Part shown: positions 37,686 through 47,508 of the stretch, in pieces
Layout of the letters: every line of letters starts with the position of its first letter
Numbering within the stretch: the first letter of the stretch is position 1
Assembly: GCA_027532905.1 (NCBI GenBank)
Contig: JAPZUA010000004.1
Location: 244,570-308,569, forward strand
DNA from: Magnetospirillum sp.
GTDB taxonomy: Bacteria > Pseudomonadota > Alphaproteobacteria > CACIAM-22H2
Reading direction: 5' to 3'
DNA: 64,000 nucleotides
The notes under the pieces: generated by a model
The model's database searches: none
The model's input: the letters and a program-made list of their open reading frames with translations, nothing else
What the model was told of the DNA's origin: nothing
Made by a program: the position numbers and the translations under genes

Positions 37686-39875
37686 CTAAAGGAAACTATA
37701 GGGGTCGATATCGAGCTGCAGGCGCACGTTATTGGGCAGTTTCGTCTGCGCCAGCCAATCGGCGACAATGGCCTGCAAATTCGCGTCGCGCCGCGTTTTG
37801 ACGAGCAAACGGCGGCGATGGCGGCCGCGTAAGATCGCCATGGCGGCCGGGGCGGGCCCCAAAACTTTCACATTCGGGCCCTGTGGAGCTGTCGCCCCCA
37901 AACGACGGGCGACGCGATCAACCAAGGCCTCGTCTTCGCCCGACAAAACGATCGCCGCCAAGCGTCCGAAAGGCGGCCAGCCATGGCGCTCGCGATCGGC
38001 GCGCTCGGCCGCCAAAAACTTGTCGCGATCGCCCGCCGCCAGCGCCTTCATGACAGCATGGTCGGGCATGTGCGTTTGCAGCAGCACACGGCCTGCATGT
38101 GCCGCCCGCCCTGCCCGGCCCGCAACCTGGTGCAGCAGCTGCCAACTGCGCTCGCCCGCGCGCAGATCGCCGCCTGCGAGGCCCAAATCCGCGTCGACGA
38201 TGCCGACCAAGGTCAGCAGCGGAAAATGATGGCCCTTGGCCACGATCTGCGTGCCGATCAGGATGTCGATCTCGCGCGCGGTCATACGGCGCACGAATTC
38301 TTCGGCCGCCGCCGGGCCTGTGACCGTATCCGACGTCATCAACTCGATGCGCGCATCGGGGAACAGGGCGCGTGCCTCCTCGGCCACGCGCTCCACACCG
38401 GGACCGCAGGCAACAAAACTGTCTTCGGCCAAACACGCAGGGCAGGTTTTCGGCAACGGGGCTGCGTAGCCGCAATGGTGGCATTGCAGGCGCCCGTAGA
38501 GCCGATGCTCGACGAGCCACGCCGTGCAGCGCGGGCATTGCAGCCGATGGCCGCAAGCCCGACACAAGGTGAGCGGTGCATAGCCGCGCCGGTTCAAGAA
38601 CAGCATCGCCTGCTCGCCCGCCGCCAAAGTCTGCGTCAAAGCCTCGCGCAAAGGCGGACTCAAGAAGGACTGGCGCGGCGGCGGATGGCGGCGCAGATCG
38701 ACGAGCGACACGTCCGGCAACGCCGCCCCGCCATGGCGGGCGGGCAAAGCGACGCACGCATAGCGACCGCGCGCGACGTTTTCGAGCGTCTCGAGCGACG
38801 GTGTCGCCGAAGCAAGCACGATCGGGCAGGCTTCGAGGCGCGCGCGCACGACCGCCATGTCGCGCGCATGGTAGATGGCGCCGTCTTCCTGTTTGAATGC
38901 CTGCTCGTGTTCTTCATCGACGACGATGAGCCCAAGTTCGCAGAACGGCAAAAACAGCGCCGAGCGGGCTCCAACCAACACGCGCACGCGGCCCACGGCC
39001 ACATCGCGCCACACGCGCGCGCGCGCCGTGCGGCCCAATTCCGAATGCCACGCGGCCGGTGCCACGCCGAAGCGGGACGCAAAACGCGCCAACCACTGCG
39101 CGCTCATCGCGATTTCAGGGAGCAGCACCAACACTTGCCGGCCGGCGGCAAGAGCCGCCGCAACCGCTTCGAAATAGACTTCCGTTTTGCCCGAACCTGT
39201 CACGCCGTCGAGCAAGGTCACGCTAAAGCCATTGCCGACGGCAGCCGCCAGCACGCGCGCCGCGTCGTCTTGCGCCTCCGACAATACGGCACGCGGGCGA
39301 TTTGCGTCGGGGGCGGGATCGGCGTCGGGCTCGGCTTCGAAGCGGGCAAGCCAGCCTTTGTCGGCCACACCTTTAGCGACGGCAGGCGAAACTTGCGCGG
39401 CACGCGCAAGTTCGGCCAAAGGCCGCGCCCCCGCACTTGCCTCGAGCAGCAAGCGGCGACGCGCAGGCGTAAGAATGCCGGGCTCTGGCGAATGCGGATC
39501 GGGCGCTTCCGCTGCGAGGCGATAGAACGCGATCAGGCGCGGCGGGGCCAGCGCTTCGGGCACGCTCATTGCCATGCGCAATACGTTGCCGAGCGGCGCA
39601 AGCGTGTAGGCCGCAACCCACGCAACGAGCTTGCGCAAAGGGGCGGCCATTGGCGGCGCATCGAGTTTCGCTTCGATGTCTTTGAGTTTGGCTTCCGGCA
39701 GATCGGCGTCGGCGGCTTCGTCCCACACGACGCCGACGACGTGATTGCGCCCGAGGGGTACGCGCACGAAATCGCCCGGTGCGACGGAAAGATGCTCCGG
39801 CACACGATAATCGTACGGCCCGAGCGGCAGCGGCAGGGCCACGCGCACGCGCATGCTGGCAGACGACTCGACCAT
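37686..39875 (-). CDS. priA: Primosomal protein N' (replication restart helicase)
   Basis: RVRVALPLPLGPYDYRVP, GVTGSGKTEVY (Walker A), IVVDEEHE (DEEH). Cys-rich zinc region CRACGHRLQCPRCTAWL...CHHCG...CPAC. Confidence 0.93.
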   Translation of the reverse strand: MVESSASMRVRVALPLPLGPYDYRVPEHLSVAPGDFVRVPLGRNHVVGVVWDEAADADLPEAKLKDIEAKLDAPPMAAPLRKLVAWVAAYTLAPLGNVLRMAMSVPEALAPPRLIAFYRLAAEAPDPHSPEPGILTPARRRLLLEASAGARPLAELARAAQVSPAVAKGVADKGWLARFEAEPDADPAPDANRPRAVLSEAQDDAARVLAAAVGNGFSVTLLDGVTGSGKTEVYFEAVAAALAAGRQVLVLLPEIAMSAQWLARFASRFGVAPAAWHSELGRTARARVWRDVAVGRVRVLVGARSALFLPFCELGLIVVDEEHEQAFKQEDGAIYHARDMAVVRARLEACPIVLASATPSLETLENVARGRYACVALPARHGGAALPDVSLVDLRRHPPPRQSFLSPPLREALTQTLAAGEQAMLFLNRRGYAPLTLCRACGHRLQCPRCTAWLVEHRLYGRLQCHHCGYAAPLPKTCPACLAEDSFVACGPGVERVAEEARALFPDARIELMTSDTVTGPAAAEEFVRRMTAREIDILIGTQIVAKGHHFPLLTLVGIVDADLGLAGGDLRAGERSWQLLHQVAGRAGRAAHAGRVLLQTHMPDHAVMKALAAGDRDKFLAAERADRERHGWPPFGRLAAIVLSGEDEALVDRVARRLGATAPQGPNVKVLGPAPAAMAILRGRHRRRLLVKTRRDANLQAIVADWLAQTKLPNNVRLQLDIDPYSFL

Positions 39876-39955
39876 CGGCTAGACTCTGGCCGTTCGAGTC
39901 GCACTTGCCTAGAGCCGTCCTGAAAACGCGTCGCAACAGGGAAAGCCCGCACGAC

Positions 39956-40675
39956 ATGGCCGACAGCGACACAGCAAACGCCCTCGCGGGTGCCGCACCG
40001 GTCACCAGTGCCGCGGTTGCCGACTATCTGCGCAAACACCCCGACTTCCTGATCGAGCATCCGGATCTTGTGTGGGTGCTCACACCTCCCGCCCAGCGCA
40101 GCCAGGACGGCGTGGTCGACATGCAGCGCTACTTGGTCGAGCGCATGCGCACCGACCTTGCCAAAATCACGGCCGCACAGGCCGAACTCATCGCCACCAG
40201 CCGCGGCAATCTCGCCACGCAAGGGCGCATCCATGCGGCCGTGCTGGCCGTGCTCACGGCAAAGTCGCTGCCGCACTGCATTGACACGATCGCGGTCGAT
40301 CTGCCGATGCATCTCGAAGTGGACGCGATCGGCCTCGGGTTTGAATCCCTTGAGCACGTACCTGCCGGCGAGACCGCGCAGAATCTGCGCATCCTGCCGC
40401 GCGGCACGGTCGACCGGCTGATGGGCGAACGGCGCGACATTCTGCTGCTCGCCGACGAACCCGGCGATTCGAGCATCTACGGCGGGGCGGCGACACTCGT
40501 GCACAGCCAAGCCCTGCTGCGCCTGCAGCTCAAGCGCGACATGCCGCCCGGCATCCTCGCCTTCGGCGCACGCGTACCCTCGAAATTCCACTCGGGCCAA
40601 GGCACCGAGCTGCTCAATTTCCTCGGCCGCGCGGTCGAAGCCGCCTTGTGCGGATGGTTGACGCGCCAGCGCTGA
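39956..40675 (+). CDS. DUF484 family protein
   Basis: ATG at 39956. The motif VADYLRKHPDFLIEHPDL and the position immediately upstream of xerC are typical of DUF484. Confidence 0.8.
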   Translation: MADSDTANALAGAAPVTSAAVADYLRKHPDFLIEHPDLVWVLTPPAQRSQDGVVDMQRYLVERMRTDLAKITAAQAELIATSRGNLATQGRIHAAVLAVLTAKSLPHCIDTIAVDLPMHLEVDAIGLGFESLEHVPAGETAQNLRILPRGTVDRLMGERRDILLLADEPGDSSIYGGAATLVHSQALLRLQLKRDMPPGILAFGARVPSKFHSGQGTELLNFLGRAVEAALCGWLTRQR

Positions 40676-41601
40676 GTTTTGCGGCCGCAGCGGACGTCCA
40701 GGCCGCGATCGCCGCGTGGACGGCGCGTCTCCAAAACGAACGCCGTGCCGCCGCCAACACGCTGTCCAACTATGCGCGCGATTTGGCTGCGTTTCTCGCG
40801 CATCTGCGGGACCATCTCGGCGGCCCGCCGAGCTTGGCCGATCTTGCCGCGTTGCGCCCCGCCGATTTTCGCGGCTTTCTCGCCAAGCGCGCGGCGGCGG
40901 GCCTCAAACCCGCGTCGAACGCGCGTGCACTCTCGACCTTGCGGGGCTTCTTCCGACATTTGGCGCGCAGTGGCTTGTGCGACAACCCACACGTGGCGGC
41001 CCTGCGTGGGCCCAAATTGCCGCGCAATCTGCCCAAGGCGCTGAACTCAGTCGATGCGACTGTCGTGCTCGAATCGGTCGACGCGATCGAAGACCGGCCG
41101 TGGGTCGCCGCACGCGACCGCGCCATCTTCACGCTGCTCTACGGGGCAGGTTTGCGCATCGGCGAAGCGCTTGACCTGCCGCGCAAAGCCGCCCCCATGG
41201 GCGACATGCTGCGCGTGGTCGGCAAGGGCCGCAAAGCGCGGGACGTGCCGATGCTGCCTGCCTGCCGCGAAGCGGTCGACGCGTATCTGACTTTGTGCCC
41301 GCATCGCTTGGGCCCCGCCGATCCGCTGTTCGTGGGCGTGCGCGGCAAGCGGCTCAAAGCCGGCATGGTACAATTGCGCCTGCGCAATCTGCGCAACACG
41401 CTGGGCCTGCCGGAGAAGACCACGCCGCATGCGCTGCGCCATTCTTTCGCGACGCACCTGCTCGGCGAAGGGGCGGATCTGCGCGCGATCCAGGAACTGC
41501 TTGGCCATGCGTCGCTGTCGACCACGCAGCGCTACACGGCGGTCGACGCCAAGCGCCTGATCGAGGTCTATTCCGCCGCCCATCCGAGGGCCGGCAAATG
41601 A
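40654..41601 (+). CDS. xerC: Tyrosine recombinase XerC
   Basis: Catalytic residues in context: ...GLRIGEAL... (R), HALRHSFATHLL (HxxR), LLGHASLSTTQRYT (H..Y). The start (ATG 40654 or GTG 40648) overlaps the DUF484 3' end. Confidence 0.9.
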   Translation: MVDAPALSFAAAADVQAAIAAWTARLQNERRAAANTLSNYARDLAAFLAHLRDHLGGPPSLADLAALRPADFRGFLAKRAAAGLKPASNARALSTLRGFFRHLARSGLCDNPHVAALRGPKLPRNLPKALNSVDATVVLESVDAIEDRPWVAARDRAIFTLLYGAGLRIGEALDLPRKAAPMGDMLRVVGKGRKARDVPMLPACREAVDAYLTLCPHRLGPADPLFVGVRGKRLKAGMVQLRLRNLRNTLGLPEKTTPHALRHSFATHLLGEGADLRAIQELLGHASLSTTQRYTAVDAKRLIEVYSAAHPRAGK

Positions 41602-42218
41602 TTGGCGACACGCGCAAAGTTTCGGAAATCCTCGCGACGATGCGCGCGAACGCAAATGAGCGCGTGAGACTTGCCGACATCGTCGCCGAACTGGGCGAGC
41701 GCGCCTTCGGCGTGGCGATGCTGCTGTTTTCGCTGCCCAACGCCGTCGGCATCGGCGTGATCCCCGGCATATCCACACTGTTCGGCGTGCCGCAGATCAT
41801 TCTGGCGATCCAGATGCTCGCCGGTTTCGAGCGGCCGTGGCTGCCGGCTTGGCTGCTCGAAAAATCGATCGCGCGCGCCGATTTCGAACGCATGATCGAC
41901 AAGGGCTTGCCGATCCTGATCCGCGTCGAGCGCTATCTGAAACCGCGTGCTTCGGCCCTGACCGGGCCGCTTGTCGAACGGCTGATGGGCTTGGTTTTTC
42001 TTGTGCTCGCGGCCGTCGTGTCGCTGCCAATCCCGCTTGGTAACCAGCCGCCGGCCGTTGCGATTGCCGTGGTGGCTCTGGGTCTCTCGGCGCGCGACGG
42101 CGTGTTTGTGGCCATCGGCTGCGTGATGGGCGTCGGCGCCGTTGTGATCGCCAGCCTCGTTGTCCTCGGCGGGGCGGCCGTGATCTGGTTCGCCGTCACG
42201 AATTTCATCTTGGGGTGA
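41598..42218 (+). CDS. exoD: Exopolysaccharide synthesis ExoD-family membrane protein
   Basis: ATG at 41598 overlaps the xerC stop (ATGA). Motifs: RLADIVAELGERAFGVAMLLFSLPN, PGISTLFGVPQIILAIQML, RPWLPAWL. Confidence 0.8.
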   Translation: MIGDTRKVSEILATMRANANERVRLADIVAELGERAFGVAMLLFSLPNAVGIGVIPGISTLFGVPQIILAIQMLAGFERPWLPAWLLEKSIARADFERMIDKGLPILIRVERYLKPRASALTGPLVERLMGLVFLVLAAVVSLPIPLGNQPPAVAIAVVALGLSARDGVFVAIGCVMGVGAVVIASLVVLGGAAVIWFAVTNFILG

Positions 42219-42223
42219 AGACC

Positions 42224-42856
42224 ATGAAACTCTACGGATCGCCCGGCAGTGCGGCGATGGCGCCGATGGCCGTTCTCGAACATGTCGGCGCGGCATACGA
42301 ATGGGTGCGCCTCGATCTCGAGGCGGGCGAACACCAGCAGCCCGAATTTCTCGCGATCAATCCCAAGGGCCGCGTGCCCGTACTGGTGGACGGCACGACG
42401 ACGTTGACCGAATCGGCCGCGATCTGCCTGCATCTGGCCGAGCGCTTTCCGCAGGCGGGCCTGCTGCCCGCCGCCGGCACGCTCGAGCGCACGCGGACCT
42501 ACGAATGGCTGTTCTATCTTTCGAACACGCTGCAGGTGGCGTTGATCGACTGGTGGCACCCGGTCTGGCTCACGCGCGACGCCGACGCGCAAGACGCCGT
42601 CAAAGCAGGTGCGGAAAAACGCATCGGCATCTGCTTCGAACTCATCGACGCGAAGCTTTCTGATGCCGCGAACCCCTTTTGTCTCGGCGCCCAGCTCACG
42701 GTCGTCGATTATTTCCTGCACATGGCGGCGCGCTGGAGCCGCTATCTTGTGACGCCCGCCTACGCATACCCCGCGATCAAACGCACGACCGACGCCGTGC
42801 GCACCCTGCCCGCCACGCGCCGCATGATGGAAAAACAGGCGATCGCGGAAGCGTGA
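42224..42856 (+). CDS. Glutathione S-transferase
   Basis: MKLYGSPGSAAMAP..., INPKGRVPVLVDG..LTESAAICLHLAE. An alternative GTG start exists at 42215. Confidence 0.85.
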   Translation: MKLYGSPGSAAMAPMAVLEHVGAAYEWVRLDLEAGEHQQPEFLAINPKGRVPVLVDGTTTLTESAAICLHLAERFPQAGLLPAAGTLERTRTYEWLFYLSNTLQVALIDWWHPVWLTRDADAQDAVKAGAEKRIGICFELIDAKLSDAANPFCLGAQLTVVDYFLHMAARWSRYLVTPAYAYPAIKRTTDAVRTLPATRRMMEKQAIAEA

Positions 42857-42859
42857 GAA

Positions 42860-43672
42860 CTAGGTCGGTTTGCGGCCAGGGCCTTCGTTGCTGTATTCGA
42901 TCGAACAGAAGCTGCCGCCTTGAAAGCGGTCGCCGATCGGGTCGGGTGCCAGCTTCGACTGCTCTCGCATCGCAGTTTCCAGCATCGGCTCCGAGCCGTG
43001 CTTCGGCTTGTAGCCGAACGCGTGCGCGCGCGAATTGTCCCACCAGCCGCGCGCATTGTCCGACGCGCCGTAGAAGACTTCGAACACGATATCCGGGTGA
43101 TCGAGACCGATGGCGATGAGCTGCACAAGGTCTTCGGGGTGCAGCAGTATCGACATGCGGCGCATGTCGAGCGGCGTCTCGCCGACATTTCCGATCCGCA
43201 GACACGCAACGCCGATTCCGTGCTTCATCGCGTACATTGCGCCCAATGCCTCGCCGAACGCTTTGGACACGCCATAGCGCGTGTCGGGCAGCACCGTCAC
43301 GTCCTGCGCAATCTTTTCGGAGCGCGGATAAAAACCGACCACGTGATTGGACGACGCAAAAACAATGCGCCTGACGCCTGCGAGCCGGGATGCCTCGAAC
43401 ATGTTCCGGCAGCCCACGATGTTGGCCGACAGAATCGTCTCCCAAGGACCTTCGACGGAGTAGCCGCCGAGATGGATTATGCCGTCGGCGCCCGCAACGG
43501 CTGCCTGCGTCGCGGCCATGTCGGCAAGGTCAGCTCGAACGAACGGCAGGCCATGCGTGTTTTCGGGCGGATCCAGGTCCGACAGGACAAGCCCTGGATA
43601 AAGCGTTTTCAGCATCGGCGTAATCGCGCGGCCGACACCGCCGGCGGCTCCGGTAAGCAATATTCGGCGCAC
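42860..43672 (-). CDS. udh: Uronate dehydrogenase-like NAD-dependent epimerase/dehydratase (SDR)
   Basis: ILLTGAAGGVGR, GIIHLGG.SVE, RIVFASSNHVVGFYP, YGVSKAFGE, GASDNARGWWDN. This closely parallels Agrobacterium Udh as I recall it. Confidence 0.78.
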   Translation of the reverse strand: MRRILLTGAAGGVGRAITPMLKTLYPGLVLSDLDPPENTHGLPFVRADLADMAATQAAVAGADGIIHLGGYSVEGPWETILSANIVGCRNMFEASRLAGVRRIVFASSNHVVGFYPRSEKIAQDVTVLPDTRYGVSKAFGEALGAMYAMKHGIGVACLRIGNVGETPLDMRRMSILLHPEDLVQLIAIGLDHPDIVFEVFYGASDNARGWWDNSRAHAFGYKPKHGSEPMLETAMREQSKLAPDPIGDRFQGGSFCSIEYSNEGPGRKPT

Positions 43673-43674
43673 TC

Positions 43675-44496
43675 TCAGTTCTCCTTGGATTGCGGATCAA
43701 CCGCGCCGCGCGCAGCGGCATTGGCAAAGCTGCGATAGCGGACGGCCGCCAACACGAGATGTTCGCGCATCGCTCTCCGCGCGCCGTCGGCATTGCCGGC
43801 AGAGATCGCATCGACGATAGCGCCATGCTCAGCTTCGATTCGCGCGAGATAGGCAGCCTTGTGGTCGCTCGTCATGCTCCAGACGCGTCGATTGCGCCGC
43901 GGAATCACGATCGTGCCGAGAAAATTGAGAAACGCCAGAAATTGAGGATTTCCGGTCGCCGCCGCGATCGCAAGGTGCGTGGAAAAATCCTCGTCGGCGC
44001 CCGATTCGTCCCGGGAAACGGCAGCGAGCATTGCTCTGTGCGCGGATTGGATATCCGCCAGCATTTGAGGCGTCGCGCGCGCGGCCGCGAGCCCTGCGGC
44101 CTCCGTTTCAACCGCCTGCCGGAGTTCCAGCACTTCAATGACCGAATCGAGCGAACGCAGCAGTTCAGGGTCGATCCGGAATTCTTGCCGCCGCGGCTGG
44201 TCGGCGACAAACGCGCCGGAGCCTTGACGCGTCGTAACGAGGCCTTGCGCCTTCAACACGCTGATCGCCTCGCGAACGACCGTCCGGCTGACTTTGCCGG
44301 ACAAGGCCATCGCTTGCTCGGTCGGCAGCCGTTGCCCAGCGGCATAGCGGCCGCTCGCGATTTCCGCCGATAGCCGTTCGGCAATTTCGCCAACCAGCGA
44401 CCGGCTTTTGCGAATGCTCCCGAACAAATCCGTCGCGTCGGCCGGCACCCGCTCCGCAAGCGTCAAATCCGGTCTGGACTTTTGTTGTCTGGTCAT
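43675..44496 (-). CDS. GntR/FadR-family transcriptional regulator
   Basis: Winged HTH: GQRLPTEQAMALSGKVSRTVVREAISVLKAQGLVTTRQGSGAFV. C-terminal FCD-like helical domain. The stop lies 2 nt before the udh start. Confidence 0.85.
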   Translation of the reverse strand: MTRQQKSRPDLTLAERVPADATDLFGSIRKSRSLVGEIAERLSAEIASGRYAAGQRLPTEQAMALSGKVSRTVVREAISVLKAQGLVTTRQGSGAFVADQPRRQEFRIDPELLRSLDSVIEVLELRQAVETEAAGLAAARATPQMLADIQSAHRAMLAAVSRDESGADEDFSTHLAIAAATGNPQFLAFLNFLGTIVIPRRNRRVWSMTSDHKAAYLARIEAEHGAIVDAISAGNADGARRAMREHLVLAAVRYRSFANAAARGAVDPQSKEN

Positions 44497-44604
44497 CGTA
44501 CAACTTTCTACACTGATCCGGAGAAGCCACGCAATACTACAAACCGGCACCCGATTTCAGGAAACAATCGAAGAAAAACCGTCGGACAAGGGAGGAAATA
44601 CAGA

Positions 44605-45600
44605 ATGAAACGCCGCACCTTTTTGGCTGCCACGGCAGCCGCATCGCTCTTGCCTGCCGCAACCGTCGTCCCGGCTGCCGCACAAGCCAAAATGATCCTC
44701 AAAGCAACCGACGTGCACCCGCTTGGCTACCCAACCGTCGAGGCCGTGGTGCGCATGGGTGCCAAACTCGAACAAGCGACCGGCGGCCGCATCTCGATTC
44801 AGATGTTTCCGTCCATGCAGTTGGGCGGCGAGAAAGAGATGATCGAACAGGCGCAACTCGGCGCCGTGCAGATCGCACGCATCTCCGTCGGGCCGATGGG
44901 CCCGCTGGTCCCCGAGATGAACGTCTTCAACCTGCCCTTCATGTTTCGCGACTCCGCACATATGGAGAAGGTCGTCGATGGGGAAATCGGCGACGAGATC
45001 CTGAAGAAACTGTCGGACCATCCGACGGCCAATCTGATTGGCCTGTGCTGGATGAGCGGCGGCACGCGCCACGTCTACAATGCGCGGCGGCCGATCACGG
45101 CGGTCGCCGATCTGAGGGGCCTCAAGATCCGCATGATGGGCAATCCGCTTTTCGTCGACACGATGAATACGCTGGGCGGCAACGGCGTGGCGATGGGCTT
45201 CGACCAGCTCATCAACGCGCTACAAACCGGCGTCGTCGATGGCGCCGAGAACAATGAACCCAGCTATGCCGCCGGCCAGCACTATCGCTACGCGAAATAC
45301 TACTCGCTGACGGGACATCTGATCATTCCCGAGATCCTCGTCTTCTCGAAACGCAGCTGGAACGCGCTTTCGGCGGGCGACCGCACACTGATCTGGAATA
45401 TGGCCAAGGAAGCGCAGAAAGAGCAGCGCCAACTCTGGCAGGCCGAGGAGGCGGCAGCCCTCAGAAAGATGATTGCGGCCGGCACCATCGTGAACGAAGT
45501 CGGAAACAAGCGGGAGTTCCAGGACGCTGTCAGGCCGGTCTGGGACAAATACGGCGCCCAGCATCAGGCGCTCATCGCGCGCATCCAAGCCATCAACTGA
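44605..45600 (+). CDS. dctP: TRAP transporter substrate-binding protein (DctP family)
   Basis: GGAGG RBS, then ATG at 44605. Signal peptide MKRRTFLAATAAASLL (Tat-like). Also GGEKEMIEQAQLGAVQIARIS and NLPFMFRD. Confidence 0.88.
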   Translation: MKRRTFLAATAAASLLPAATVVPAAAQAKMILKATDVHPLGYPTVEAVVRMGAKLEQATGGRISIQMFPSMQLGGEKEMIEQAQLGAVQIARISVGPMGPLVPEMNVFNLPFMFRDSAHMEKVVDGEIGDEILKKLSDHPTANLIGLCWMSGGTRHVYNARRPITAVADLRGLKIRMMGNPLFVDTMNTLGGNGVAMGFDQLINALQTGVVDGAENNEPSYAAGQHYRYAKYYSLTGHLIIPEILVFSKRSWNALSAGDRTLIWNMAKEAQKEQRQLWQAEEAAALRKMIAAGTIVNEVGNKREFQDAVRPVWDKYGAQHQALIARIQAIN

Positions 45601-45608
45601 ACCCGAAC

Positions 45609-45646
45609 CGCTGCGGATCGTTGCATTTCTGCGACGATCCGCAGCG
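45609..45646 (+). other. Intercistronic stem-loop between dctP and dctQ
   Basis: CGCTGCGGATCGT-tgcatttctgcg-ACGATCCGCAGCG, a 13-bp perfect stem with no U-tract. Confidence 0.6.
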
Positions 45647-45671
45647 AATTCGACAAACCGACGACTGCACC

Positions 45672-46193
45672 ATGCTTGAACTCTATTTCCGCGCCATGGA
45701 CGCGCTGCACAATCTATGCGTCGTAGCGGCTTCTGCCGCGCTCGCGGTGATCACGCTTATCATTCCGTGGGGCGTCTTCACGCGCTACGTGCTCGAGAGC
45801 GCCTCTTCGTGGCCGGAACCGCTCGCGGTGCTGCTCATGATCTGGCTGTCGTTCCTTTCTGCGGTCGTTTGCTACCGCGAGCATCTTCATATCGCGGTCG
45901 GGATTCTGCCCAACGCATTGGCGCCGGGCGCGCGCAAAATCTTGGGCTTCGGCGTCGAGCTTTGCATGCTTGCGGCGAATCTCTTTCTGCTGTGGTTCGG
46001 AACGAACCTCGTTCAAGTCACCTGGCACCAAAGCATCGCCGAATTTCCCGCCGTCTCGGTCGGCATGTCGTATTTGCCGGTGCCGATCGGCGGCGCGCTG
46101 ACAGCCTTGTTCGTGATCGAACGTCTGCTCAAGGGGGATCTGTTTCCGCCGCCTGCCGAACTCGATCCGCACGAAACCATCTCGAGTGAATAG
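45672..46193 (+). CDS. dctQ: TRAP transporter small permease (DctQ family)
   Basis: A 173-aa protein with 4 TM segments between dctP and dctM. Contains WPEPLAVLLMIWLSFL. Confidence 0.85.
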   Translation: MLELYFRAMDALHNLCVVAASAALAVITLIIPWGVFTRYVLESASSWPEPLAVLLMIWLSFLSAVVCYREHLHIAVGILPNALAPGARKILGFGVELCMLAANLFLLWFGTNLVQVTWHQSIAEFPAVSVGMSYLPVPIGGALTALFVIERLLKGDLFPPPAELDPHETISSE

Positions 46194-46214
46194 CGGCAAC
46201 GAGGTCAGACGATC

Positions 46215-47498
46215 ATGGACGCATTGGTTTTGCTCGGCGGCTTCTTCGTTTTCTGCGCGATGGGCGTGCCCGTTGCCTATGCGCTGGGGCTTTCCGCAAT
46301 CTGCGCAGCACTATGGCTCGACATACCGCTCGAAGCGATCGCTCTGAAGACGTCCGACGGCATGGACGACTTTCCGCTGCTCGCAATCCCCTACTTCATC
46401 CTTGCCGGTGCCATCATGGCCGAAGGCGGGATGGCGACGCGGATCATCAACCTGGCCAAACTATTCGTCGGTTTCATCCGCGGCGGGTTGGCACTCGTCA
46501 ACATCCTCGCCTCGACCATGTTCGGCTGCATCTCCGGATCGTCGGTCGCCGATACGGCTTCGATCGGCAGCGTCATGATCCCGCAAATGATCAAAAGCGG
46601 CTATCCGCGGCTGTTCGCGGTCAACGTGACGATATCGGGTTCGCTGCAACCCCTGCTGCTTCCGCCGTCGCACAATATGGTGATCTTTTCGCTTGCGGCC
46701 GGGGGCACCGTCTCGGTGGCGCACCTGTTCGTGGCCGGCATTGTGCCCGGTCTGTTGCTGGGCATCGCATTGATGCTGCTTTGCCTGTACATCGCGTATC
46801 GCGACAAACTCCCGAAAGGCGAGGCGATTTCGCTTCGCCAGGCCGGGCGCATTGTCTACGAGGCGGTGTGGGGTCTGGTGACCGTATTCATCATCCTCGG
46901 CGGCATCCTGTCGGGCGTTTTCACGCCGACCGAAAGTGCGGCGGTCGCGAGCGTTTGGGCATTGCTGGTGACTGTTTTTATCTACCGCGACTACAGCCTG
47001 CGCGACCTGCCCAAGCTGCTGGCACGCGTCGTGCGCACGGTCGGCATGGTGATGATCATGATCGGCTTCTCGGTCGCCTTCGCCTACATGATGACGCTGA
47101 TGCGCATTCCGGCGAAAGCGACGGAGTTGTTCCTTGCGATCGCCACCGACAAATACATGTTCCTGCTCTACACCAACATCCTGCTGCTGCTGCTCGGCAC
47201 GTTCATGGATCTGGCGCCAATGCTGCTGATCTGCACGCCGATTTTCATGCCGATCATCGCGCAGTTCGGCATCGATCCCATCCATTTCGGCATCGTGATG
47301 ATTTTCAATCTCGGGATCGGCCTGCTGACTCCGCCCGTCGGCCCAACGCTCGCCGTCGGCTGCGCGATCGGCAAAGTCACGATGGAACAGGTGTCACGCT
47401 CGATCATGGTGTTCTACGTGCCGATGCTCATCGTGCTCGGCCTTGTCACCTACATACCGGCGCTAACACTGTGGCTGCCGCGCCTCGTTCTCGGCTGA
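46215..47498 (+). CDS. dctM: TRAP transporter large permease (DctM family)
   Basis: A 427-aa polytopic protein. Motifs: LLAIPYFILAGAIM and GSSVADTASIGSVMIP. Confidence 0.92.
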   Translation: MDALVLLGGFFVFCAMGVPVAYALGLSAICAALWLDIPLEAIALKTSDGMDDFPLLAIPYFILAGAIMAEGGMATRIINLAKLFVGFIRGGLALVNILASTMFGCISGSSVADTASIGSVMIPQMIKSGYPRLFAVNVTISGSLQPLLLPPSHNMVIFSLAAGGTVSVAHLFVAGIVPGLLLGIALMLLCLYIAYRDKLPKGEAISLRQAGRIVYEAVWGLVTVFIILGGILSGVFTPTESAAVASVWALLVTVFIYRDYSLRDLPKLLARVVRTVGMVMIMIGFSVAFAYMMTLMRIPAKATELFLAIATDKYMFLLYTNILLLLLGTFMDLAPMLLICTPIFMPIIAQFGIDPIHFGIVMIFNLGIGLLTPPVGPTLAVGCAIGKVTMEQVSRSIMVFYVPMLIVLGLVTYIPALTLWLPRLVLG

Positions 47499-47508
47499 AC
47501 AGACCCGC

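Noticed and set aside
40654-41601. The tyrosine recombinase as a marker of an integrated mobile element.
   Set aside because: The DUF484-xerC context and the absence of a flanking tRNA, att-like repeats, or phage/IS genes indicate the housekeeping XerC.
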